Assembly: GCA_964592855.1 (NCBI GenBank)
Contig: CAZQKI010000004.1
Coordinates: 1-57,934, forward strand
From: an uncultured Lentisphaerales bacterium
GTDB lineage: Bacteria > Verrucomicrobiota > Kiritimatiellia > RFP12 > JAAYLN01
DNA length: 57,934 nt
Direction: 5' to 3'
The position numbers and the translations under genes are program-made. The stretch's first letter is position 1; each line of letters begins with the position of its first letter. Shown here piece by piece: positions 1-9,129 of the stretch. The notes beneath the pieces were generated by a model, which was given only the letters and a program-made list of their open reading frames with translations, ran no database searches and had not been told where the DNA came from.

Positions 1-596
1 TTGCTGGCCTTGACCATCTCCGTCTCGATGCCGGCCGGACAGATGCAATTCACGCGCACGCCCCGCTTGCCGCAGGCCACCGCCAGCGAACGCGTCAGCG
101 ACACCGTCGCCCCCTTGCTGGCGGTGTAGGCGTCGCAACCGGGGACACCGATGACCCCTGCGCTCGACCCCGTGTTGATCACCGACCCGCCTCCGCTCGC
201 TTCGATCAGCGGGATGCCGTATTTGCAGCAGAGGAAGACGCTGTTCAGATTGATGGCGAGGATGCGGTTCCAGGTTTCCTCCGCCAGTTCAGTCACGACG
301 CCGTCATCCTTGGCCAGGAAGACCGAGGCGTTGTTGTAGAGGATGTGCAGGGCGCCGAAGCGCGCGTGCGTGGCGGCCATCAACTGCTGGACCGAGCGGC
401 TGTCGGATACGTCGGTACGGATGAAGGCGGCCTCCCCGCCGGCCTTGCGGACCGCCGCTTCCGCGGCTTGTCCAAGTGCTTCGGAGATCTCGGCGATCAC
501 GACGCGGGCGCCTTCGCGCGCAAAAGCCGTCGCACCGGCCAGGCCGATGCCGCGACCCGCGCCGGTGATGATGGCGACCTTTCCCTTCAGCCTCAT
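1..596 (-). CDS. SDR-family short-chain dehydrogenase/reductase (partial; 3' end runs off the window)
   Basis: Reverse-strand translation from the ATG at 596-594 reads MRLKGKVAIITGAGRGIGLAGATAFAREGARVVIAEIS..., which carries the TGxxxGxG Rossmann motif. The frame stays open to position 1. The ATG overlaps the stop of the upstream gene (ATGA). Confidence 0.8.
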   Translation of the reverse strand, partial: MRLKGKVAIITGAGRGIGLAGATAFAREGARVVIAEISEALGQAAEAAVRKAGGEAAFIRTDVSDSRSVQQLMAATHARFGALHILYNNASVFLAKDDGVVTELAEETWNRILAINLNSVFLCCKYGIPLIEASGGGSVINTGSSAGVIGVPGCDAYTASKGATVSLTRSLAVACGKRGVRVNCICPAGIETEMVKAS

Positions 597-1513
597 GACA
601 GGAGCTTTCCGATGCGCTGGACGAGCTTGGGCGTGGAGAGGCCGTAGCGGTCGAGCAGCCATTCATGGGTGCCCACCTTGCTGACGTAGGTGTCCGGCAG
701 CGCGATGCGCAGGAACTTTCGGGGGGCCGCCCCGGCGTCGCAAAGCACCTCGGCCACCGCGCTGCCCATTCCACCCTGCAACTGATGCTCTTCGACCGTG
801 ATGATCGCGCCCGTCTCGGCGGCGGCGCGGACGATAGCCTTGCGGTCGATGGGCTTGATGGTATGCAGACTCACCACCCGGCAGCTGATCCCCCGCTGCT
901 GCAGCGCCTCGACCGCCGGCATCACCTGGTTGCCAATGGTGCCGGTGAAGAAAATCGTGGCATCCCGGCCCTCGCGGACTTGAATGGCCCGGCCCAGCTT
1001 GAAGGCGATTTTGTCGGCGTGGATTGGCGGCTCCTGCTTGTAACCGCAGCGATAGAAGAAGGGGCCGTCGTGGGCGAGCATCGCATGCACGCCGGCCTCG
1101 GCCTCGGCAAAATCGCAGGGACAGAAAACGACCATGTTGGGCAGCGCCCGCATGATGGCGATGTCCTCGGTCGCCTGATGGCTCACCCCGAGCGGACCGT
1201 AGGCCAGGCCGGCCCCGATGATGACAATCTTGACATTCGCATTGTGGTAGCAGACATCATTGCGGATCTGCTCGAGGCAGCGCAGCGTGGGGAAATTGGC
1301 AATGCTGTAGGTGATGGCGATGTTGCCCTCCAGGGCCACGCCGCAGGCGACGCCCGTCATGTTCTGCTCCGCGACGCCGCAGTTGTACCAGCGGTCGGGA
1401 AAGGCGTCACGGAATGGCTCGATCTCGCCATAGCCAATATCGGCGAGGATCATCCAGATGCGGGGATCGCGCCGGGCGCATTCCACAAGGATCTTGTTGA
1501 AAAGTGTTCGCAT
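593..1513 (-). CDS. Transketolase, C-terminal (pyrimidine-binding) subunit of a split transketolase
   Basis: 306-aa ORF starting MRTLFNKILVECARRDPRIWMILADIGYG, with GVAEQNMTGVA and a later HTIKPID motif. These are typical of the C-terminal half of split transketolases. It sits directly after the N-terminal subunit, with a 1-nt gap. Confidence 0.88.
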   Translation of the reverse strand: MRTLFNKILVECARRDPRIWMILADIGYGEIEPFRDAFPDRWYNCGVAEQNMTGVACGVALEGNIAITYSIANFPTLRCLEQIRNDVCYHNANVKIVIIGAGLAYGPLGVSHQATEDIAIMRALPNMVVFCPCDFAEAEAGVHAMLAHDGPFFYRCGYKQEPPIHADKIAFKLGRAIQVREGRDATIFFTGTIGNQVMPAVEALQQRGISCRVVSLHTIKPIDRKAIVRAAAETGAIITVEEHQLQGGMGSAVAEVLCDAGAAPRKFLRIALPDTYVSKVGTHEWLLDRYGLSTPKLVQRIGKLLS

Positions 1514-1514
1514 C

Positions 1515-2357
1515 TCACGATTTCCCGACTTCGGCCAGCGCCTGGGCCAACTGCGCGTCGTTCACCGATCCGTAATGGCAGGCCACCGTGTTCTCCATGA
1601 AGCTGACGCCTTTGCCCTTGACGGTCTTGCAGATCACCCACGAGGGTTTGCCCTTCCGGATCGGAATCTCGGCGAATGCCTCAGACAGGCTGCTGAAGTC
1701 GTGTCCGTCGCAGACTTTGCATCCCCAGCCGAACTGCGCCATCTTCTTGTCGAACGGCTCCAGGTTGAGCACATCGATCGATTTCCCGAGCGCCTGAATG
1801 CGATTGTAGTCGACGATGCCGATGAGGTTGTCGAGCCGGTGCTGGGCCGCGAAAAGAATCGCCTCCCAGGTGCTGCCCTCATTGCAGTCTCCGTCGCTCA
1901 TCAGGCAGAACACGCGGTGCTTCCTGCCGGCGTGGCGGGCGGCCAGGGCCATGCCGACCGCCACGGGGAGTCCGTGTCCGAGTGAACCGGTGCTGAACTC
2001 GACGCCCGGCACATGATGGGAGATGTGTCCCATCAGCCGGCCGGCGTCGCGGTAGTAGCCTTGCATCCACTCCTTCGGGAAGAAACCGAGTTCCGCGAGG
2101 CAGGCGTAGACGGCGCCGCCGCCATGACCCTTGCTGAGGATGAAACGGTCGCGGTCCGGCCAGTCGGGTCGCCCGGCATCCACACGCAGCACATGCTTGT
2201 AGAGGTAGGCGACGATATCCGCCATGGAAAGCATGCTCCCCGCATGCCCGCTCCTCCCGCGATGCGTCATTTCGAGGCAATGCTTGCGTATGGCCCTGGC
2301 GAGCACCCCTGTGCTTTCCGGAACCGGACGAGGCTTGCGCTTGCGCGTCCTCAGCAC
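1515..2357 (-). CDS. Transketolase, N-terminal (thiamine-diphosphate-binding) subunit
   Basis: The ORF contains SGHAGSMLSMADIVAYLY, ILSKGHGG, GSLGHGLPVAVGMA and SDGDCNEGSTWEA. The 385-aa track ORF is over-extended. A GTG at 2357-2355 is in frame and overlaps the upstream stop (ATGTGCTGA). The exact start remains uncertain. Confidence 0.82.
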   Translation of the reverse strand: MLRTRKRKPRPVPESTGVLARAIRKHCLEMTHRGRSGHAGSMLSMADIVAYLYKHVLRVDAGRPDWPDRDRFILSKGHGGGAVYACLAELGFFPKEWMQGYYRDAGRLMGHISHHVPGVEFSTGSLGHGLPVAVGMALAARHAGRKHRVFCLMSDGDCNEGSTWEAILFAAQHRLDNLIGIVDYNRIQALGKSIDVLNLEPFDKKMAQFGWGCKVCDGHDFSSLSEAFAEIPIRKGKPSWVICKTVKGKGVSFMENTVACHYGSVNDAQLAQALAEVGKS

Positions 2358-3493
2358 ATTTCCAGCTTCGTCCACTTCTGGTCGCTCTTGTGGCTGCTGA
2401 AGACCGTTTCGATAAAGGCCATGCCGCGCACGCCGTCGTCCACGGTCGGATAGGCTGGCTGGTAGTCCAGGCCGTTGAGCCGCGCGTCGATGGACTTGGC
2501 AAAATCGGCGTAGATGTTGGCAAAGCACTCGATGAAGCCTTCGGGATGGCCGGCGGGCAGACGGCAAAGGGCGCCGATCGAGGGATCGACCTCCGCCCAG
2601 GAGCGGCGGTAGACCCGCATGGCCTGGTCGTTGGCGCGCCAGATCAGGCTTTCCGGCGTCTGCTGGCTCCACTCCAGCGAACCCGTGGAGCCATACACCC
2701 GGATCTTGAACTGATTTTCCTCGCCGCTGGCAACCTCGCAGGACTCGATCACGCCGTGGGCGCCGTTGTCGAAGCGCAGCAGCACCGTGCCGTCGTCATC
2801 CAGCTGGCGACCCTCGACAAAGGTCGCCAGATCGGCGCAGAGCTCGGTGATCTTCAGCCCCGTGATGTACTCGGCCAGATGCTCAGCATGCGATCCGATG
2901 TCGCCGATGCAGGCGCAGATGCCGGAAAAGCGCGGGTCGCAACGCCACAAGGCCTGCTTGCCGGCGTTGGGTGCCGCCAGCCATCCCAGATCATATTCCA
3001 CGACGACTTTGCGGATAGTTCCGAGCTTGCCTTCGGCGACCATGATCTTGGCCTGCCGGACCATCGGGTAGCCCGAATAATTGTGCATCAGGCAGAAGAG
3101 CAACTTCGTCTTACGAACTTTTCCGCGCAATTTCTTCGCTTCGGCCAGCGAGAGCGTCATCGGCTTGTCGCAAAGGACGTGAAAGCCGCAGTCGAGCGCC
3201 TTCATGGCAATTTTGAAATGCGAGACATTGGGCGTGGCGATGGAGACGAAGTCCATGCGCTCGCCGACGGGAAGCGCCAGCTCCTTTTCGAACATCTCGT
3301 TGTAGTTGGCGTAGCAGCGCGACTCCGGCAGGAACAGTTCGCCGGCCATCGACTTGCTTTTGGCCGGATCCTGGCTGAAAGCACCGCAAACGACGTCAAT
3401 GAAACCATCCAGGCGGGCAGCCGCGCGATGGACTCCGCCAATGAAGGCCCCGGGACCGCCACCAACCATTCCCATTCTGATTTTTCGCTTCAT
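2351..3493 (-). CDS. Gfo/Idh/MocA-family NAD(P)-dependent oxidoreductase
   Basis: MKRKIRMGMVGGGPGAFIGGVHR is an N-terminal Rossmann motif, followed by a typical Gfo/Idh/MocA body (DFVSIATPNVSH, CDKP). The start was moved to Met44 of the track ORF (ATG at 3493-3491). Confidence 0.82.
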   Translation of the reverse strand: MKRKIRMGMVGGGPGAFIGGVHRAAARLDGFIDVVCGAFSQDPAKSKSMAGELFLPESRCYANYNEMFEKELALPVGERMDFVSIATPNVSHFKIAMKALDCGFHVLCDKPMTLSLAEAKKLRGKVRKTKLLFCLMHNYSGYPMVRQAKIMVAEGKLGTIRKVVVEYDLGWLAAPNAGKQALWRCDPRFSGICACIGDIGSHAEHLAEYITGLKITELCADLATFVEGRQLDDDGTVLLRFDNGAHGVIESCEVASGEENQFKIRVYGSTGSLEWSQQTPESLIWRANDQAMRVYRRSWAEVDPSIGALCRLPAGHPEGFIECFANIYADFAKSIDARLNGLDYQPAYPTVDDGVRGMAFIETVFSSHKSDQKWTKLEMC

Positions 3494-3590
3494 CGCTGTC
3501 ACTCCATTTGCATTAATAAATACAACGTCAATGTTTGTAGCGTGCCAGAACAGGCGACAGACATCAAGCCCGAAACTTTCATTGCCAATC

Positions 3591-3619
3591 TTGACCCTCC
3601 CGTCTATTTCCGGCATACT
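3591..3619 (+). promoter_or_regulatory. Candidate sigma70-type promoter for the MFS transporter gene
   Basis: TTGACC (3591-3596), a 17-nt spacer, then CATACT (3614-3619). It lies in the AT-richer divergent region between 3493 and 3713. An AGGAGA Shine-Dalgarno sits 7 nt before the ATG at 3713. Confidence 0.25.
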
Positions 3620-3712
3620 CAAACCCGTTAATTCGCTGCTTCAGGCCGAACCCGACGGGCGTGTGTCCGTGGCGCACGAAAAGCGAATTCCGGTCCGTCA
3701 GGAGACCTGCGA

Positions 3713-5101
3713 ATGTCGACAACCGAAGCTCCCGCTCAAAAACCGCAACCGGTACGCTATCACGCCGGCACGCTCAGCTACACCAGGAACGGCGTGCTCA
3801 TGCTCTTCTTCTGGCTGTTGTGGGGCTACTTTGTCTATGGCTTGATGGAGATCATCCTGCCCAGCCTGCTCCCGCTGATCCTCCGGGGCCATAACGCCAC
3901 CAGCGTGCAGATCTCCTTCATCACGAGCAGCTTGAACGTCATCGGGAACATGGTCTTCAACCCGATCGTCAGCTTCGCCTCGGACCGCAGCCGCAGCCGG
4001 TTCGGGCGGCGTCGCCCGTTCATCATCTGGTCGACGCCCATGGTCGTGCTGTGCCTGGCGCTGGTTCCGTTCGGGCCTGACATCGCCCAATACCTGCAGG
4101 GGTTCGCGGCCGTGAAGAAGGTCCTCGACCTGAGCCCGATCGTGTCGCCCATTCTGTTCATCGCGGTTTTTGTGATGGGGTTCCAGGTCTTCGACACGTT
4201 CGTGGGCGCGGTCTACTACTACCTCGTGCGCGACACGGTGCCGGAGGAGTTCATCGGCCGTTTCTATGGCGTATTCCGCCTGGTCGGAGCGATCGCGCCC
4301 CTCCTCTTCAACCTCTTCATCTTCGGCCATGCGGAATCGCACATGAAGGCGATCTTCGTCGGCATCGCCGCCTTTTACGGACTGGGCATCTACCTGATGT
4401 GCTGGCGCGTGAAGGAGGGCGTGTATCCACCCCCGGAGCCATTGCCCGGGAATGCCAGCGGTCCCTGGACACGCCTGGTCGGGTCGGTCCGGCTCTACTT
4501 CGGCGATTGCTTCAGTCACCGGGTTTACTGGGCCTGTTTCCTGGCCAATGCCATGGCCTCCTGGGCCGGAGCCGCCGGCGTCTTTGCCGTCCTCTTCAAC
4601 CGCCACGAACTGGGCATTCCCCTCGCAACGCTGGGCCGGATCGGCGCCGTGAGCAGCGTCCTGACCTTGGTGATCGCCCTGCCCTGCGGCTGGCTCGCGG
4701 ACAAGCGCAGCGTGTTCAAGATCGTTCAAGTCGGCGTGCTCGTCCGGGCGGTCCTGGTGTTCACGGCCTGGATGGTTGTCCGCGATGCCAAGACACTGCT
4801 CATCATGAGCGTGTGCCTCACACTTCCCGGCATTGCGACGGGCGTGGCCCTGAGCAAGATGCAGATGGTCGTCTGGCCCCGCGAGAAATACGGTCAGTTC
4901 GGATCGGCCAACAGTGCGTTTGCCTCGCTGGGGATGATCGGCATCGCCGTTGTGGCGGCCAAGTTCGTCGACTGGATGGGCAACTACCGCGCCTACTACC
5001 TCTGGAATGCGGTCTTCAGCTTCGCCGCGGTGCCACTCTACATGTGGATGGAGATGGAGTGGAAGAAGCTGGGCGGCAAGGACCATTACACGGCGCCCTG
5101 A
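3713..5101 (+). CDS. MFS-type transporter (probable sugar/glycoside permease)
   Basis: 462-aa ORF with about 12 hydrophobic segments, a short polar N-terminus and charged inter-helix loops (SDRSRSRFGRRRP). The neighbouring genes are sugar-metabolism genes. Confidence 0.75.
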   Translation: MSTTEAPAQKPQPVRYHAGTLSYTRNGVLMLFFWLLWGYFVYGLMEIILPSLLPLILRGHNATSVQISFITSSLNVIGNMVFNPIVSFASDRSRSRFGRRRPFIIWSTPMVVLCLALVPFGPDIAQYLQGFAAVKKVLDLSPIVSPILFIAVFVMGFQVFDTFVGAVYYYLVRDTVPEEFIGRFYGVFRLVGAIAPLLFNLFIFGHAESHMKAIFVGIAAFYGLGIYLMCWRVKEGVYPPPEPLPGNASGPWTRLVGSVRLYFGDCFSHRVYWACFLANAMASWAGAAGVFAVLFNRHELGIPLATLGRIGAVSSVLTLVIALPCGWLADKRSVFKIVQVGVLVRAVLVFTAWMVVRDAKTLLIMSVCLTLPGIATGVALSKMQMVVWPREKYGQFGSANSAFASLGMIGIAVVAAKFVDWMGNYRAYYLWNAVFSFAAVPLYMWMEMEWKKLGGKDHYTAP

Positions 5102-5919
5102 GCGCCTGGCGTAGATCCGGAAGGCCGCAAATGCTGGTCGAACCAGGCGACGGCAACCGGCCAAACCTGCCGGGTCGAGGCATTTTTCGGATTGTAGACG
5201 AACCCATGGCCCGAGCCAGGGCTGGGGAGGAACTGCATGGGACGTCCGGCTCTGGCCAATGCGGCGGCAAGAAGCAACGACTGGTCATAGGGTACAGTCG
5301 CATCCTGGGGATCATGCACCAGAAGCATGGGCGCCGATGTGCCGTCCACATGCAACGCCGGCGAAGCCGCAATCCAGCTCTCCCGCTTTTCGGAAATCGG
5401 CCCGCCCATGAACGCTTCCCAATGACCCAACACCTGGCCGTAGTCCAGGGATGAAACGAGGTCATGGACGCCATGAACATCAACAACGCAGTCGACCTTG
5501 GCCGAGACGGTGTCTTCTGTGTTGTCAAGGACGCCCAGGCACGCAACCAAGTGCCCGCCCGCCGAGCTGCCCAGGGCGCCGATCCGGTTGGCGCTGATAC
5601 CGAAACGGCCCGCGTTGCGGCGGAGCCAGCGAACCGCCGATTGACAATCCACAAGCGCAGCGGGAAAGGATGCTGTCGCCGCCAACCGGTAATCGATCGT
5701 ACACGCCACGTAGCCATGCATCGAAAGACAATGGGCGTGCCACAGGAAGCTTTGCCGTTTTCCGGCATTCCATCCGCCACCATGGACCAGCAGGACCGCC
5801 GCGCCATTGCTCCGGCTCGTGTCGGGAACGTAGATGTCCGTCATCAGGTCCTGGCCTCCCGGGCTGGCGAAACACTCCGTGAAGGTTGGATCGGGCGCCG
5901 GTTTATCGAAGTCATGCAT
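5086..5919 (-). CDS. Alpha/beta-hydrolase (esterase/lipase-like)
   Basis: LLVHGGGWNAG is an HGGG oxyanion-hole motif. GSSAGGHL is a GxSxG nucleophile elbow. A C-terminal GSGHGF supplies the candidate His. Its 3' end overlaps the convergent MFS gene by 16 nt. Confidence 0.78.
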   Translation of the reverse strand: MHDFDKPAPDPTFTECFASPGGQDLMTDIYVPDTSRSNGAAVLLVHGGGWNAGKRQSFLWHAHCLSMHGYVACTIDYRLAATASFPAALVDCQSAVRWLRRNAGRFGISANRIGALGSSAGGHLVACLGVLDNTEDTVSAKVDCVVDVHGVHDLVSSLDYGQVLGHWEAFMGGPISEKRESWIAASPALHVDGTSAPMLLVHDPQDATVPYDQSLLLAAALARAGRPMQFLPSPGSGHGFVYNPKNASTRQVWPVAVAWFDQHLRPSGSTPGAQGAV

Positions 5920-6150
5920 AGTGTCACATCGTCTGTTTCTGGAATTTGAAACTCGTTGTCATTGCCAACAGTGTAATATCGCATGCGCTTCCAGATCAAG
6001 ATTGCGATTATGGCGCTTTGGCATCATCGGAACTGCCAGTCGCCCCCTGATGCGCGGAAAGGTAATGGCGCAGTTACCGGGATGTGCGATTTCATCGCAT
6101 GGACGAGGCATTTGATTTCTTGCGTGTTGCAACAAATCAATCTGCGGGGT

Positions 6151-6448
6151 TCACCACGGAGACGCGGAGTCACGGAGTCCGGGAGGGAAGGTTCACGCAA
6201 CTTCAGGCTTGGCTGACCGGCTGTTGCCGTTGAAGCAAACGGAGATGCTGCCAAGCCTGAAATTGCGTGAACACCTGGCAGGGAGCACGATCCATCGCTC
6301 ATACGCGCAGACCATTCCCGCCGACTCAATAGGGTGTTGCGTGAAGGCGCAGCCGCTGCATGCCATGCGCCGGGTCAGGCCTGGATACGCTGAAAGCGGA
6401 TGCGCCTTCACGCAACCTCTCCTCCATGTCTCCGTGCCTCCGTGGTGA
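6151..6448. repeat. Nested inverted-repeat (palindromic) element in a 680-bp non-coding gap
   Basis: The outer arms are 6151-6177 (TCACCACGGAGACGCGGAGTCACGGAG) and 6422-6448 (its imperfect reverse complement). Inner hairpin 1 pairs 6191-6213 with 6250-6272 (23 nt, 1 mismatch). Inner hairpin 2 pairs 6337-6351 with 6401-6415 (15 nt perfect, extendable to about 21). Both inner stems are based on TTGCGTGAA. Confidence 0.85.
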
Positions 6449-6600
6449 CGTTGTCGCAATGACCGAGGTTGATGGCGTGCCTTCACGGTTCGCGACCTGC
6501 TTTTCATGCTCGCATTACGCACACCCCGGTCACTGACCGCTGACGCGCAGAAAGAATGTCGGAGATTGACATGACCCTCGCGTTTTGACATTTTTCACCT

Positions 6601-9057
6601 ATGAACAATTTCAAGTCCCGCGTGACAGCCGGCAGCCTGTTCCTGGCCACCGCCATTCTCCCCGCCTCCGCCATCACGCTGGTCAAGGACGGCCAACCCG
6701 CCGCGACGATCGTAGTCTCGAAGGCCGCCTTGAACGCGACGGCCCCCAAGCCGCGCCGCGGCCTCAAGATCGAGCCGGCCCAGAAAGCCCGCCTCGCCGC
6801 GGAGGAGCTGCAGCGGGTCATCGAAAAAATGAGCGGTGCCCGGCTCCCCATCGTCGGCGAGGACGACGCCGTCCAGGGTCCCGTCGTGCTGGTGGGCTCC
6901 AGCCGGAAGACCGATCCCCTCAAGCTCGACATCCCCGCAGGCCTCACGACCGAGCGCAAGGAGGAAGGCTACCTCATTTCCGCCAAAGGCAACACCCTCG
7001 TCCTTGCCGGCAACGACGCGGGGCCCTACCAGGGAACGTTCTTCGCCGTCAGCGAATTCCTGAACCGTCAGGGCGTCCGCTGGTTCATGCCCGGCGCATT
7101 CGGCGAGTGCGTGCCGAAACGGGCGTCAATCGATCAGCCGGATCTCCTGTACCGCGACAAACCCGATTTCCCAGTCCGGAGCTGGAACGGGAACCTCGCC
7201 CCCGAACTTCGGGAAGACGACACCCTCTGGCGGCTCCACAACAAGCTCGTGATCAACGAATCGGACATCATCGCCATCCCCGGGGACGGCTATCTCCGGA
7301 AGTACATGCCCGACAAGGAGCTGATCGAGACGCACCCCGAGTATTTCGCCAAGCGGCTCGACGGAACGCCCGACCCGCACATGGTCAGCCTGAGCAACCC
7401 CGAGACGCCCCGACTCGTGGCCGAGAAGGTCAAGGCCAAGATCGCCGAGGAGCGGCTCAAGGATCCGACCTTCAACTCGCTGGGATTCGCCCCCGATGAC
7501 GGCATGCCCATCGACCTCTCCAAGGAGACGATGGCCCTGAACCAGGGATTCGCCGACCTGTGCGGCCGCGAAGGCGTGATCACCGAACGCTCGATCAGCG
7601 AAGAGTGGTTCGGCTTCATCAACAAAGTCGCGGAGGAAGTCGTGAAGGACTACCCCGATTTCATCCTCACCAGCAACGGCTACGCCAACCGGACCTTCCC
7701 CCCCGAGGGCGTCGCGCTCCACCCCAACCTGGGCATCATGTTCGCCGCCATCTGGGCCGACCTGCTCCATGCCTATGACGACCCCCGGAGCTGGCAGCAG
7801 GTGATGCAGGGCCAGATGCTCCAGCGCTGGGCCCAGCTCTGCCCGCGGGTCTTCGTCTACAACTACAATTTTCCGATGCTTGTAAACTGCCTCACCCCCT
7901 TGCCGTTGACCCGCAAGATCGCCCGCAACACGCCTTTGATGAAGAAGTGGGGCGTCTTCGGTTTCGAGGACGAGCAGACCTTCTCCTGGATGGCCCACGG
8001 CATCACGGCGTTCTACCTCCGCGCCAAGCTCTACTGGCATGCCGACGACGATGCACGGGCCATTCTCGACGACTATTTCACCGTCTGGTACGGACCGGCC
8101 GCCAAGCCCTCGCAGGCCTACTGGGAGGCCATCGAGGAGGCGCTCGAAAGCACACCCCTGCTGGGCCACGAGGATCGCATCCTCCCGTATGTCTACTCGG
8201 ACGCCCTCCTGGCGTCGATGGAAAAGAGCCAGGTCGAAGCGGAGGCACTTGCGACCGATGAGCCGTTCAAGACGCGCGTCCGCGTGGACCGCCTGATCCT
8301 CGATCATCTGAGAGGATACCTGGCGATGAACCGCGCCGAATTCACGGGCGAGTACGCCGCGGCGATCAAGCAGGCCGACCTCATGTTCCAGCAGCGCGAA
8401 CAGATCAGCGCGATCAGCGGCTTCTTCCACGTCCCCGAGAGCAAGGACCCGAGGCGGCGCTATTTCGCCGGGTCGCACTACTGGAACCTGACCCAGCGCA
8501 GGGAGTTCTATCAGAAGATGCTCGACAGGACAACCGGCACAGCGGGCGACCTGGTCGCCCGTTCAGAACGCAATGTGCCTTTCCGGCTGGACGACGCCGA
8601 CCTGGGCCGCATCGGCCGCTGGTACGACACGGACTTCGACCGTTCCGCTTGGCGGAAGATCGACACCGCCACGCCTTTTTCCCATCAGGGCGACGGCATG
8701 CGCGACGCACGCGGCGTCCCCTACGTCGGCTACATGTGGTACATCTTCGAGCTGGACGTGCCGCGGAAGGCCATCGGCAAACCGGTGCAGGCGTATGCCC
8801 CGGTCGTCACGACTGAAGCGTGGGTCTGGTGCAACGGCGAGTACGTCGGGCACCGCCCGTATTTCGAGGCCTATACCCGTCCCCAGCCGATCGATTTCGA
8901 TGTCACCCGGCAGGTGAAGGCCGGCAAGAACATCATCGCCGTGCGCGTCAACACAAGCGCCAGCCGCATCCAGGAGGCCGAAGGATTTCAAGGGCCCTTG
9001 TTCCTCTACTCGCCCAAGCCTCCGCCACCGCCGGCGGTGGCGACGCCCACACCGTAA
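6601..9057 (+). CDS. Secreted DUF4838-like glycan-active protein with a C-terminal GH2-type sugar-binding (jelly-roll) domain
   Basis: It has a signal peptide (MNNFKSRVTAGSLFLATAILPASA). ITLVKDGQPAATIVV...AAEELQRVIEKMSGARLPIV and GTFFAVSEFLNRQGVRWFMPG resemble the DUF4838 N-terminal region. The C-terminus (WYIFELDVP...VWCNGEYVGHR...FDVTRQVKAGKNIIAVRV) resembles the GH2 N-terminal sugar-binding domain. Confidence 0.65.
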   Translation: MNNFKSRVTAGSLFLATAILPASAITLVKDGQPAATIVVSKAALNATAPKPRRGLKIEPAQKARLAAEELQRVIEKMSGARLPIVGEDDAVQGPVVLVGSSRKTDPLKLDIPAGLTTERKEEGYLISAKGNTLVLAGNDAGPYQGTFFAVSEFLNRQGVRWFMPGAFGECVPKRASIDQPDLLYRDKPDFPVRSWNGNLAPELREDDTLWRLHNKLVINESDIIAIPGDGYLRKYMPDKELIETHPEYFAKRLDGTPDPHMVSLSNPETPRLVAEKVKAKIAEERLKDPTFNSLGFAPDDGMPIDLSKETMALNQGFADLCGREGVITERSISEEWFGFINKVAEEVVKDYPDFILTSNGYANRTFPPEGVALHPNLGIMFAAIWADLLHAYDDPRSWQQVMQGQMLQRWAQLCPRVFVYNYNFPMLVNCLTPLPLTRKIARNTPLMKKWGVFGFEDEQTFSWMAHGITAFYLRAKLYWHADDDARAILDDYFTVWYGPAAKPSQAYWEAIEEALESTPLLGHEDRILPYVYSDALLASMEKSQVEAEALATDEPFKTRVRVDRLILDHLRGYLAMNRAEFTGEYAAAIKQADLMFQQREQISAISGFFHVPESKDPRRRYFAGSHYWNLTQRREFYQKMLDRTTGTAGDLVARSERNVPFRLDDADLGRIGRWYDTDFDRSAWRKIDTATPFSHQGDGMRDARGVPYVGYMWYIFELDVPRKAIGKPVQAYAPVVTTEAWVWCNGEYVGHRPYFEAYTRPQPIDFDVTRQVKAGKNIIAVRVNTSASRIQEAEGFQGPLFLYSPKPPPPPAVATPTP

Positions 9058-9129
9058 AGCCTGCTTGTCGACTGTTGTTGACTTCCAGTCCATGAATTCC
9101 CGGACCGTTTCGCAGATCACTGCCCCTGA

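Noticed and set aside
6024-6591. Several 77-132-aa ORFs in the 5920-6600 gap (for example 6209-6448 + and 6193-6591 -).
   Set aside because: All run through the nested inverted repeats, so both strands are open by symmetry. They have no Shine-Dalgarno or start context and no protein-like features. The region is treated as non-coding repeat.
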